From a virus, in IMG/VR virus record IMGVR_UViG_3300009130_000012, positions 36,845 to 100,844 of that record: a DNA stretch of 64,000 bases; one strand, written 5' to 3'. Shown here one piece after another: positions 1 through 9,115 of the stretch. The notes under the pieces were generated by a model. That model saw nothing but the letters and a program-made list of their open reading frames with translations. It made no database searches and was not told the DNA's origin. A program made the translations under genes and the position numbers. Within the stretch, counting starts at the first letter, position 1. Each line of letters starts with the position of its first letter.

Positions 1-96
1 CTTTTCTTCATTAGGTAATTCATATTTAGAATAAACTTCAGCAAATCTACCAGTAAAGTTTCTAATTACATCATTTATTTCTACACCAATAATCAT
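1..96 (-). CDS. Partial ORF running off the window start; HAD-like 5'(3')-deoxyribonucleotidase-like N-terminus with a degenerate motif I
   Basis: Hand translation from ATG at 96: MIIGVEINDVIRNFTGRFAEVYSKYELPNEEK. It resembles the IGIDIDGVLRD start of NT5C-type HAD proteins. Confidence 0.5.
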   Translation of the reverse strand, partial: MIIGVEINDVIRNFTGRFAEVYSKYELPNEEK

Positions 97-137
97 AAAA
101 AAAGTCTTATATTTAATATAATAAACATAAGACTTTT
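97..137 (-). terminator. Hairpin terminator after phoH
   Basis: Minus strand AAAAGTCTTATGTTTA-ttatat-TAAATATAAGACTTTT, a 16-bp stem with one G-U pair, running into a T tract. Confidence 0.6.
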
Positions 138-159
138 AATTTTAAATAATATTATAGTA

Positions 160-882
160 TTATTTGTATCTTTTTAAAATTTCAGTGATTATTGGGTTTC
201 TAACTATATCAGCTTCAGTAAATTTATGAATAGCTACTTTATCTAAATTTGTTAATCTGTGAATCATATCGAACAATCCACTATCCTCAACGTTTTTATA
301 TTTATCTGATTGGTCAATATCCCCAGTAATTATAAATTTACTATATTCACCAATTCTAGTTAATAGAGTTTTCATTTCTAAAGGTGTAGCATTTTGAGAT
401 TCGTCCATAATTAATATTGCGTTATCTATCGTTTTACCTCTAATAAACGATAGTGGTTGAAACTCTATTATTTCTTTCTCCATCAATTCAATTCTCTTCT
501 CTTTACCGACAATCTTATCAATGTTGTCTAATAAAGGTAACATATAAGGCATTAATTTTTCTTGTAACGTACCAGGTATGAAACCTAATGATTTACCAGT
601 TTCTACCGCTGGTCTACTAATCCATATCTTTTCGTATTTAGTGGTTTTTTGTTTAACTAATTTAAGTGCTTGACCTACAGCTAAATATGTCTTACCACAC
701 CCTGCGGCACCAGAACATATAGTAATTTCATTATCTTTAATTTTTTGTATGAAATCTATTTGACTATCATTCTTAGCTTTAATACTTATATTAGATGTCA
801 TAATATTACTAATTAAGTCTTTTGGACTAAAAAAATCTTCATAACTTAAATCTTTTTTACTGACATTTCTTCTTTTACTCAT
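160..882 (-). CDS. phoH: PhoH-family ATPase
   Basis: GAAGCGKTYLA Walker A, SRPAVE, LGFIPG, IRGKT, DESQN, LLTRIG, TGDIDQSD and DIVRNP motifs. Confidence 0.95.
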   Translation of the reverse strand: MSKRRNVSKKDLSYEDFFSPKDLISNIMTSNISIKAKNDSQIDFIQKIKDNEITICSGAAGCGKTYLAVGQALKLVKQKTTKYEKIWISRPAVETGKSLGFIPGTLQEKLMPYMLPLLDNIDKIVGKEKRIELMEKEIIEFQPLSFIRGKTIDNAILIMDESQNATPLEMKTLLTRIGEYSKFIITGDIDQSDKYKNVEDSGLFDMIHRLTNLDKVAIHKFTEADIVRNPIITEILKRYK

Positions 883-1763
883 GTTTTTGCTTCTTTATTT
901 TCATAACGCTTATCCAAGTCATGGTCAATGAACGATTCAATAACATTCCTACCGTCTATAATAGGTTTCGCTAAAAACTTAACTACGTAATGTGATTTAT
1001 AATCTACTATAGAGTGAAAACGGGATATTTCATAAGTATACTCCAATAAATCTGAAACACCTTTGTCCTCGTTAGTAATAAAACTTATATTCTCGATATC
1101 TAGCATATCCACCATTCTTGGTCTAGACTTAGCTTTTTCAATCTCTTTAATTAAAAACTTTGTCCTTTTGTCATAAATATCTTCGTAACGACTAATATAT
1201 AACTCCAGAAGAACATTTTTTTCCTCATTTTCTCTAACTACCAGAAACTCAGTATAGTCTTCTATCCTAAATTTAGGTAAAAATTGTCCTCGACTAACAC
1301 CAATACGTCTATTCGATTTAGACATCTGATTAACTTCAGTTAAAGTATATTCTTCTTTAGTTAAATCCATATCATTAAACCCTAACTCAATGCGTTCATT
1401 ATTAATCCACATTTTAAGTGGAAATAATTCATTATCAGTCATATCAATATCTAGACCACTTAATTCACGAATTAAAGTAGTATTAGTAGTTTCTAAAATA
1501 GGGTAACCTTCATCATCGTAGCCAATGATTTTACTATTTTTAAGTTTAGTATGGTATAAAATTTTATACATTCTCCAACGTAACTCTTTTACTTGTTGGG
1601 TTACTTCACCTCGCATCAAATCGTCAGCTAATTTACCTTCATTAATGTTTAAAGTTAATGATATTCCATCACCAAAATCTTCGTTAGGTGTTAACACTTT
1701 TTTTTCGGTCAAATATAATGAGACCATTAATCCAGTTATAAATTTTCTTAATTTACTTAACAT
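879..1763 (-). CDS. Hypothetical phage protein
   Basis: 294-aa ORF overlapping both neighbours; no motif recognised. Confidence 0.7.
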   Translation of the reverse strand: MLSKLRKFITGLMVSLYLTEKKVLTPNEDFGDGISLTLNINEGKLADDLMRGEVTQQVKELRWRMYKILYHTKLKNSKIIGYDDEGYPILETTNTTLIRELSGLDIDMTDNELFPLKMWINNERIELGFNDMDLTKEEYTLTEVNQMSKSNRRIGVSRGQFLPKFRIEDYTEFLVVRENEEKNVLLELYISRYEDIYDKRTKFLIKEIEKAKSRPRMVDMLDIENISFITNEDKGVSDLLEYTYEISRFHSIVDYKSHYVVKFLAKPIIDGRNVIESFIDHDLDKRYENKEAKT

Positions 1764-2478
1764 GTAATTTCATTTGTTTATATTTAGCAGTACATTTACC
1801 CATCCACCATTGCATTTCTGAAAAACTACTCAGTCCAGTACCATATATTTTTTTAGCCATACCACCTAATATTAAATCTATCAAAATATCTTGCATACCA
1901 ACTACCGATTGGAAGTCACCAAACTTAGTTCTTTTAGGTGTTGTTATTACTTTATCACCATACCTACCCTTTATTAAGTGCAACGTATCAGTATCATCGC
2001 AAGTCAATAAAAAAGAACTGTCAATAGTATCTAACTCAGTGAAAAGTAAATTAATGTCAAAATACTGCCCCCAAGACTTATATTCCTGTGGGAAAGACTT
2101 AAAAGTCCTAACGCTGACAGTGGTATAATCTGAGGGTAATTCATTATGTAATCTTTTCACCTCATCTTGGACGTACTGTACTGGGTTTAGGTCATTTATA
2201 ATGTCGATATACTTTTTTTGCATCTCAACATCTACATCCTCCTTATTATTGTCAGTCGGATTATGCGTATTCATATAGTCATGTATGAATTTACAATCGC
2301 TAATAGTGCGATTAGATGTGCTATTAAATGTATTAGTAAATAGGTCACTAAATTGACACCTAACACCACCTCCGCTATTAGGTACGTCCCATCTAAGTGT
2401 AATATCACCATATTCTGCAATAGCTGATATAATACACTTTAATCTATTAGATATTCCTCCGAATGGTATTACTATCAT
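1753..2478 (-). CDS. Fucosyltransferase-like GT-B glycosyltransferase (GT11/NodZ/O-FucT-like)
   Basis: N-terminal GGISNRL, central VSVR, LLTCDD and C-terminal GTGLSSFSE match fucosyltransferase-type nucleotide-sugar binding motifs. Confidence 0.65.
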   Translation of the reverse strand: MIVIPFGGISNRLKCIISAIAEYGDITLRWDVPNSGGGVRCQFSDLFTNTFNSTSNRTISDCKFIHDYMNTHNPTDNNKEDVDVEMQKKYIDIINDLNPVQYVQDEVKRLHNELPSDYTTVSVRTFKSFPQEYKSWGQYFDINLLFTELDTIDSSFLLTCDDTDTLHLIKGRYGDKVITTPKRTKFGDFQSVVGMQDILIDLILGGMAKKIYGTGLSSFSEMQWWMGKCTAKYKQMKLHVK

Positions 2479-3152
2479 AGTTCAATCTTTTTATATTCTC
2501 TATGGTAACTTCTAATATTATTACCTATAAATGGGTCCCATATTGAGCCGAAGTCAATCATCCAACACTTATTGCCAATCACGTCATATAATTCATCTAC
2601 TATCGCATTAGTCATCATAGATGCTGATAACCCAAAAACTACATTATCGTATTTTTCAGTCATCGCAATCATATCATTTTTAATCCTATCTTTTTCTAAG
2701 TAACAATTTACTTTAGGTATCTCAATAAAATCGATATACTTAATCGGTAAATCTCGCTTACTAGCTTCAGAAACAATTACAAAATTCATATTCCCTAATG
2801 TGTCGGTAAGTTCATTAATATCTTCTCTAATAACTAAATCTTCCCAAACTATAGCATTCACCCAATTAACGTCAATTTCGTTAGTTTTAAGGTAGTTTTG
2901 TATCAATGGTAGATTTCTTTGTATCTGACCATGAGTTGTGGGCCATACGGCTTTATAATAACCTTTATTATTTTTAAGGGCTTTTTGTAAATCACTGGAC
3001 ATTTCTGGGAAATATCTATGACCGTCACAATTCTGACCGTTAACTCCTACTGTACAAAACCATTCACCATCACCCCATCTGGTAAATGAAAAATATTCAC
3101 CATTTTTTAGTTTATTTATATAAAACTGAGCGTTATTATCTTCTTTAATCAT
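2475..3152 (-). CDS. GT-D fold glycosyltransferase (DUF1792-like)
   Basis: FSFTRWGDGE near the N-terminus and IDFGSIWD near the C-terminus. Confidence 0.75.
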   Translation of the reverse strand: MIKEDNNAQFYINKLKNGEYFSFTRWGDGEWFCTVGVNGQNCDGHRYFPEMSSDLQKALKNNKGYYKAVWPTTHGQIQRNLPLIQNYLKTNEIDVNWVNAIVWEDLVIREDINELTDTLGNMNFVIVSEASKRDLPIKYIDFIEIPKVNCYLEKDRIKNDMIAMTEKYDNVVFGLSASMMTNAIVDELYDVIGNKCWMIDFGSIWDPFIGNNIRSYHREYKKIEL

Positions 3153-3589
3153 AAGTCTAATTTCATTTTAATAGAATTAGTGTTATTATATAATTCAGAA
3201 CTAACTTCTACAAACCCTAATTTATTATAGATATGTTTAGCTCTAATATTAGTCTCTAAGACTTCCAAATATACTCTTCTTACATTAAATTCAACCATTA
3301 ATTTATTAAAAAGTTTAGGGTAGAATTTTTGACTATATCCATTATCCCTAAATTCGGTTGCTATGTCCATACCAACATATGGTTCATTAGATTCCCAATT
3401 AGAAGTTCTAATATACCCTATCCTTTCATCGTCAACTAACATTATAAAAAAAGGGTCATTTAAAGTATTAAACCATTTGATGTTATCTTCAAGTGTATAC
3501 TTAGTGTTATCATGTAGAAAATCCACACTTTCATTGCGTACCCTATTAAAGAATTTTATGTCATTAATATTCATTAATCTTATTTCCAT
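3149..3589 (-). CDS. GNAT N-acetyltransferase (PseH/RimJ-like, probably for an amino sugar)
   Basis: EFRDNGYS acetyl-CoA loop and LEVLETNIRAKHIYNKLGF motif; lies in an operon with a sugar aminotransferase. Confidence 0.85.
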   Translation of the reverse strand: MEIRLMNINDIKFFNRVRNESVDFLHDNTKYTLEDNIKWFNTLNDPFFIMLVDDERIGYIRTSNWESNEPYVGMDIATEFRDNGYSQKFYPKLFNKLMVEFNVRRVYLEVLETNIRAKHIYNKLGFVEVSSELYNNTNSIKMKLDL

Positions 3590-4377
3590 AATTCAATCGA
3601 TTTATCTATTAATTGATTATAATCGTTAAACCCATAAATATTAGCCCCCGATAATAGTTTTAACCAAGAACCTGTTTTCCATACACCTCTATTAGTCGAA
3701 TTACAGTTAGGATGATTGTATATTAATAAATCACCACCAAAATATGCTGGTATTACACAATCACCCGCTGGTGATATATGATGTTCTGAATTAGCCAGTA
3801 TTTTAAATTGTAATTCGTTATAAGATTTATAATCACCTTTATTGAATAATTCCTCAATAGTAAGTACTTCTTTATGTTTATCCAATATCCTATTGTCTCC
3901 AATATCCACAGTTTTCTGTAATGTATCTTTAGTCATATTACTATTTTCATAGAACGGTTTAATATAAATTATCTGATAATCAGTTTTAAACATATCGATT
4001 AATTTATCTAACGTATCTGCATCAAAATAGTTAAATAATCCTCTCTGCCATTCTATCGAGTTTTTATTATGGATGGTTAATATAGGTTTATCAAAAAGTA
4101 ACTCATCATTCTTAAAATATTCTTTAAGTTTAGGAGGAGTCCACATCTCATTAGTAAACCTAGGATTATTAAATGAATAACAATTAAGTTGCTCAGAAAA
4201 TAAAGTACCATCATGTTTATCCGTCTCAGTATGGTTAGGTGAGAAATAAAATAAAGGTTCTGTACCTAACCTACTCTCAGTGCTACTTAATAAACCCTTT
4301 TCAAATAAAGCATAAGCTTTAGGTAAATAATACATTAATATAAATCCAAATTCTTTATGAGTGTTTAGATTATACAT
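3580..4377 (-). CDS. Putative glycosyltransferase-like protein
   Basis: Position inside the glycan cluster; EFG start and a GT-B-like C-terminal pattern. The call is mainly contextual. Confidence 0.4.
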   Translation of the reverse strand: MYNLNTHKEFGFILMYYLPKAYALFEKGLLSSTESRLGTEPLFYFSPNHTETDKHDGTLFSEQLNCYSFNNPRFTNEMWTPPKLKEYFKNDELLFDKPILTIHNKNSIEWQRGLFNYFDADTLDKLIDMFKTDYQIIYIKPFYENSNMTKDTLQKTVDIGDNRILDKHKEVLTIEELFNKGDYKSYNELQFKILANSEHHISPAGDCVIPAYFGGDLLIYNHPNCNSTNRGVWKTGSWLKLLSGANIYGFNDYNQLIDKSIELWK

Positions 4378-4378
4378 A

Positions 4379-5059
4379 TTACTTAATAGGTTTAATTAAA
4401 GTAATACCGTTTTTATTACCGTAAACCAAATCACGTCTAACCTCTAAAAAAATAGTGTTATATTTATCAGTAATGTCGTTAAATTTAGGTTCAATTAACT
4501 TTAAAAATGTAACTTGACACGACCCGAACCCCGCATAACACTTATCTTTTTGTAACTGGAATAATCTACCGTGTTTGTTAATAGTGTTTTCAACAATAGA
4601 ATTATTTAATAATCCGTTAGAAATACTAGCATGACCATTATTAAAATATGATGCGGTATAATTAGCATCTTCTGAGTTCATTTTATTTAAAAATGGGGTA
4701 ATGATATCATCAATATTAGGAATATAATCGTCCTCAATCAAAAAACTATGTGTATAGTCTTTATATGTATCGGTGATAGCTTGTTCCCATGCACCATAAG
4801 AACCATGAATATTCTCCCTAACAATTAACTTCACAGGTATTTTACTTACTTTCTTGAAGTCATTTATTTCAGACGCTAACTGATTATCCATAGCCGAATT
4901 ACCCTTATTTATAATAAATGTACATCCTGTTATATTTTTAGCTGTGGTTAGATAATCTATATGTTCTTTTAAATAAGAAAGAGCAGGTACCCCATTAGGG
5001 TATGACCTCCTCTTACCAGTGTAAAATGCTACTACGTAATTAATACTAGTCATTACCAA
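4379..5059 (-). CDS. Putative GT-A (GT2-like) glycosyltransferase
   Basis: RENIHGSYGAW followed by FLIEDDY (DxD-like). Confidence 0.65.
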   Translation of the reverse strand: MVMTSINYVVAFYTGKRRSYPNGVPALSYLKEHIDYLTTAKNITGCTFIINKGNSAMDNQLASEINDFKKVSKIPVKLIVRENIHGSYGAWEQAITDTYKDYTHSFLIEDDYIPNIDDIITPFLNKMNSEDANYTASYFNNGHASISNGLLNNSIVENTINKHGRLFQLQKDKCYAGFGSCQVTFLKLIEPKFNDITDKYNTIFLEVRRDLVYGNKNGITLIKPIK

Positions 5060-6240
5060 CCCTTTTTAATTACATCTACAATATATTGTCTATCCTCTTC
5101 GGATACCCACCATCCAACGGGAATTGCAGTCAATCTTCCTTTAATTGAATCTAGACTAGGTAAATCACTCCTAAAATCAACTAAACAACTATGAATATCA
5201 TTTCTCTCGTGAACCTGTGACGTGGCAATACCATGTTTCTTCATGTGTTCCGTGAATTTATCTTTATCATCAACCAATAATGAGTAAATCCAGTAAGCCG
5301 ATTCCATCCTATCATCACGTTTTAATAACGTAACACCATGTACGTCTTTAAGTGCTTCGTCATAGAATTTACCATTAGATTTGTGTTTATTTATGACATT
5401 TTCTTCCACCTCAGCTAAATTAGCCATACCAATGGATGCGTTAACGTCATTCATATGAAATTTAAAACCCCATTCTGGAATATCAGCTTCACATCTGAAA
5501 TCTTTTCTATCGGACTCCCTATCAATACCATACCATCTTAATAATTTAGCACGTCTATATAGTTCGGCGTGTGGTAACACTAACGCACCTCCATCTACAG
5601 AAGTAAGGTGTTTAATCGCTTGGAAACTAAAAGTACAAATATTACCGTGAGTCCCAATTTTTTTACCATTAAATTTACTACCCAACGCATGTGCACAATC
5701 TTCGATAATCGCTGGTTTAAATCCGAAATTTCTATAAGCTTTATTCTGAATCTCTTTTAGTCTATCTAAATCTAACGGATAACCACCCCAGTGCACTACA
5801 AAAATAACTTTAGTTTTAGGGGTGATTTTTCTAGCTAAATCATCTAAATCCATGTTAAGTGTATTTGGGTCAATATCCACCCACTTAATTTTTAGATTGT
5901 TAGCTAAAATAGGAAAATTAGTGGCTGTGCAAGTTAATGGCGTAGCTAACACTTCATCACCATCTACTAACCCATCCCAATTAGATTGGATACTACCTAA
6001 CCCATCGAAAGTTCTTCGATTAGTTGCTGGGGTTTTTAACATATGTAATGCTAAATGTTCTGCAGATGTGGCGGCATTAGTTGTTGCAACATAATCATTA
6101 CCAAAAAAATCCTTTAATTTATCCTCGAATTGGTCTACTATTGTTCCTTGACCAATAAACCCAGATTCTAATACCTTTGCAGACACTTCTGTAGCTTTGT
6201 CTGACATATAAACCTTAAAAAGTGGTATGTTCTTTTTCAT
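5053..6240 (-). CDS. DegT/DnrJ/EryC1/StrS PLP-dependent sugar aminotransferase
   Basis: IPLFK, GDEV, VHWGG, IIEDCAHA, FSFQAIKHLTSVDGG (PLP lysine) and LRWYG motifs. Confidence 0.95.
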   Translation of the reverse strand: MKKNIPLFKVYMSDKATEVSAKVLESGFIGQGTIVDQFEDKLKDFFGNDYVATTNAATSAEHLALHMLKTPATNRRTFDGLGSIQSNWDGLVDGDEVLATPLTCTATNFPILANNLKIKWVDIDPNTLNMDLDDLARKITPKTKVIFVVHWGGYPLDLDRLKEIQNKAYRNFGFKPAIIEDCAHALGSKFNGKKIGTHGNICTFSFQAIKHLTSVDGGALVLPHAELYRRAKLLRWYGIDRESDRKDFRCEADIPEWGFKFHMNDVNASIGMANLAEVEENVINKHKSNGKFYDEALKDVHGVTLLKRDDRMESAYWIYSLLVDDKDKFTEHMKKHGIATSQVHERNDIHSCLVDFRSDLPSLDSIKGRLTAIPVGWWVSEEDRQYIVDVIKKGW

Positions 6241-6246
6241 ATCTAT

Positions 6247-7902
6247 TTATTTATTATAAGTTTTAATATAAAGTTCTTTGTATTTTAATACATTTTTATT
6301 ATTATCGAAGATACTCATATCTTTAGGTACTTCCATAGTTTCTTTAGATAACATCTTACCTTCTTTATCTACTTGATAGATAATACCAGGTCTACCACAT
6401 AAGAACCCTTCTATTGTAGTTCTACCTAATAGTATACCCGCAGTTTTATCACATTTATAATAGAATTCTTCTATATTTTCCGTAGGTGGAAAATATCTAA
6501 CATTATCATAAGTATTTGAGAATTCAATACCATACCCCAATGTATCTTTACCTAATAACCAAATCTCTTGTTCATCCGAATTACTAGTATTTATTAAATC
6601 TAATATACTTTCTTTTCTTAAATAATCCATAGTACCAGCGAATAAAATAACTTCCTTATCGGTACCTTTATCTAAGCTCTTATTGGTAAATCTACCCTTA
6701 TCGAAAAAGTTGTAAATAGTTTCCACGTTATTTTCAGACACATTAAAGTTATCAACAATATAATCCTTAATTGATGGTCTAATCGCAACATATTGTTTAA
6801 TATTATTGTGAATTACAGGATTTTCTAAATCAATCACTTCAGAACGTACAATATTTAAAATAGGTGTCTTAGGATATAATTGAAGTAATCTCTGAGTAAT
6901 TGGAGTATGATTAGCATGTATTACGTCAAAATTCACATTACTTACTTGGTATAACATTCCTTGTTTAGAAACTTCCACTTTACCTCCTCTATTAATAGTC
7001 CATTTACCATCACCTAATTTAAACCCAGGTGGTTCATTAATACTACAGGTTTTAATACCATAACGCTTCGCAATTGTTGCGAATTTAGACCCTACGTTAG
7101 ATACTACCGTAACCTCACAATTATTTTTGCTTAATTCTTTAGCTAGTTCCATAGTAGATATCTCAGAACCAGTCAGTCCATTAAAATTTAAGCAGCCAAT
7201 TAACAGCTTTAATTTCTTGTTAGAGAAGTCTTCTGATATTTTTCTAGGTAACACATTACTATATCTATTAACAAAATCCTTTCTATTTTCATCCCACTGT
7301 TCATTAGTGGCACCTATAGACATATGATTAATTTTAACGTCGGTACATACACCTACCTTAACACCAGCTAAATGATTGGAAAAGCTAAAGTCTACATCGT
7401 AAAAGTGAAACCCTTTTACATCTTCGTTAAACTTCTTCTTAATTCTACCAGTGTGTACTGAAAAAAACACTCCGTCAACTAATGTAACCTCTTCTAAGTT
7501 AGACCCTAAATCTTCACTATATTCAGACAACCAAGTCTTTCCGTTTTGTGTATGATAAACTCTACCGTACATTTTAGATGGTGTTTCCCACCATTTACCA
7601 GATTCGGGCATTTCCTTACTACCAGCCACTCCGATAACACCATAATCTGGATTACGTTTAAAATGTTTAATTAATTTATTAACCCAGTTATTTTTTTTAA
7701 ACTCAATATCGTCATGCATAAAAATGACTATCTCATTTTCAGCCTCACTTAATGCTTTGTTGTATAACTCAGTTAACCCATATTTACCTTTATTTTCATA
7801 ATGTAAAAACTGAATTTTATTTTCGGGTAGTCCACCAGACCTAATTACGTAATTTTTAAAATTACTATCTGGATTTATTGATGAGCAAACTATTGTTATC
7901 AT
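6247..7902 (-). CDS. Two-domain glycosyltransferase (GT-A/GT2-like plus GT-B/GT4-like)
   Basis: N-terminal FMHDD, GVAG, VDGVF and FHFYDVD; C-terminal LTGSE, HANH and GRTTIEG. Confidence 0.85.
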   Translation of the reverse strand: MITIVCSSINPDSNFKNYVIRSGGLPENKIQFLHYENKGKYGLTELYNKALSEAENEIVIFMHDDIEFKKNNWVNKLIKHFKRNPDYGVIGVAGSKEMPESGKWWETPSKMYGRVYHTQNGKTWLSEYSEDLGSNLEEVTLVDGVFFSVHTGRIKKKFNEDVKGFHFYDVDFSFSNHLAGVKVGVCTDVKINHMSIGATNEQWDENRKDFVNRYSNVLPRKISEDFSNKKLKLLIGCLNFNGLTGSEISTMELAKELSKNNCEVTVVSNVGSKFATIAKRYGIKTCSINEPPGFKLGDGKWTINRGGKVEVSKQGMLYQVSNVNFDVIHANHTPITQRLLQLYPKTPILNIVRSEVIDLENPVIHNNIKQYVAIRPSIKDYIVDNFNVSENNVETIYNFFDKGRFTNKSLDKGTDKEVILFAGTMDYLRKESILDLINTSNSDEQEIWLLGKDTLGYGIEFSNTYDNVRYFPPTENIEEFYYKCDKTAGILLGRTTIEGFLCGRPGIIYQVDKEGKMLSKETMEVPKDMSIFDNNKNVLKYKELYIKTYNK

Positions 7903-7938
7903 AATTATAATATATTAATAACGAAAAAGTTTATAAAT

Positions 7939-7958
7939 AAAAAACCCACCGAAGTGGG
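7939..7958 (-). terminator. Intrinsic terminator with a UUCG loop
   Basis: Minus strand CCCAC-TTCG-GTGGG-TTTTTT, downstream of dUTPase. Confidence 0.8.
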
Positions 7959-7980
7959 CCAAAAAAAGAATAAATATAAA

Positions 7981-8535
7981 TTAACTTACACCAGTTGAAC
8001 CAAATCCACCAGAACCTCTATCTGTGTCTAGACTAATCTCATCCACCTTCTTTAATATTAATACATTGTCGTTAGTTACTGGTGATAATACAGCTTGTGC
8101 AATCCTATCTCCATGATTAACGGTAAATTCATCTTTACTTAAATTAACTAAGATAACTTTTAATTCTCCTCGGTAAAGATTATCTACAGTTCCTGGAGTA
8201 TTTAATACTGTAACACCGTTCTTAGCAGCTAATCCACTACGAGGTCTAACTTGTAATTCGAAATTAGGAGGTAACTCAAAATATAATCCAGTTGGTACTA
8301 AAGCTCTTTCTAATGAGCCTAATGTGATTGATTCACTTAAATTAGCTCTTAAATCAAATCCAGAATCACCTTCTTTAGCATATTTAGGGTCTTCATTATC
8401 AGATTCGTTTTTAAACTTAACATCTAATTTAAATGCTCCTGCATTACCTAAGTTTAACGAATCCATTTCTTTAACCACATCATCTACAGACATTTCTCCA
8501 GAGATGATTTTTTCTGCAATTTCATTATTTTTCAT
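7981..8535 (-). CDS. dut: Trimeric dUTPase; likely start is the ATG at 8535 (MKNNE), not 8574
   Basis: SGFDL, RPRSGL, NTPGTVD..YRGE, GDRIAQ and RGSGGFGSTG motifs. Confidence 0.95.
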   Translation of the reverse strand: MKNNEIAEKIISGEMSVDDVVKEMDSLNLGNAGAFKLDVKFKNESDNEDPKYAKEGDSGFDLRANLSESITLGSLERALVPTGLYFELPPNFELQVRPRSGLAAKNGVTVLNTPGTVDNLYRGELKVILVNLSKDEFTVNHGDRIAQAVLSPVTNDNVLILKKVDEISLDTDRGSGGFGSTGVS

Positions 8536-9067
8536 ACTCAAACATAGTTCTTTTAATAGCATCTCTAATTGCAATAGTTAATGCACTATCATAATGTTTC
8601 TCAGCATCATCCAACGATACTAATGTAGAGAATTCTTCATCTGTTAACGAAATACCGTTATCTATAACAAATTTAGCTGATTTACTACCCATACCCATAG
8701 ATACATCTGATTTAGCATACTTAAATAACTGTCCTTTCTGAATCAACCAGTCTTGTGTTTCTGGTTCATACATCATATGCTTACTAATCTGATAAATCAA
8801 ACTTACTTTGGCTAAAGTGTTTTTATTTATTTTGGCTGGATGACCGTCATCAATAGCTTCGTTTAGCTTAATCGCCATCGTAGTGAACTTAGTAATAAAT
8901 TGCACTAACCCACCTTCGTAGCAACCAAATTTAATACTAGCTGGAGACTTAACGAGTTTATCACCCATTTTTATGATAATATCATCATTAATAGCTCCGT
9001 AAGACATAGCTAATTTAACAAAGGTTCTAGCCGACTTACTTATTTGTTCTTTAGTTAATACTTCCAT
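8525..9067 (-). CDS. Degenerate HD-domain-like protein
   Basis: SPAS...YEGGLVQF and LIYQISK align with the APAS...YxGGLxxH and LLHDxGK motifs, but the metal ligands are lost. Confidence 0.55.
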   Translation of the reverse strand: MEVLTKEQISKSARTFVKLAMSYGAINDDIIIKMGDKLVKSPASIKFGCYEGGLVQFITKFTTMAIKLNEAIDDGHPAKINKNTLAKVSLIYQISKHMMYEPETQDWLIQKGQLFKYAKSDVSMGMGSKSAKFVIDNGISLTDEEFSTLVSLDDAEKHYDSALTIAIRDAIKRTMFEYEK

Positions 9068-9084
9068 ATTTATATCGTTTATTA

Positions 9085-9115
9085 CAAATATACTATCTTA
9101 AACAATATGGAACAA
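9085..9115 (-). promoter_or_regulatory. Bacteroidota-type sigma promoter
   Basis: TTG (9115-9113), N20, TATATTTG (9092-9085), upstream of the ATG at 9067. Confidence 0.65.
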
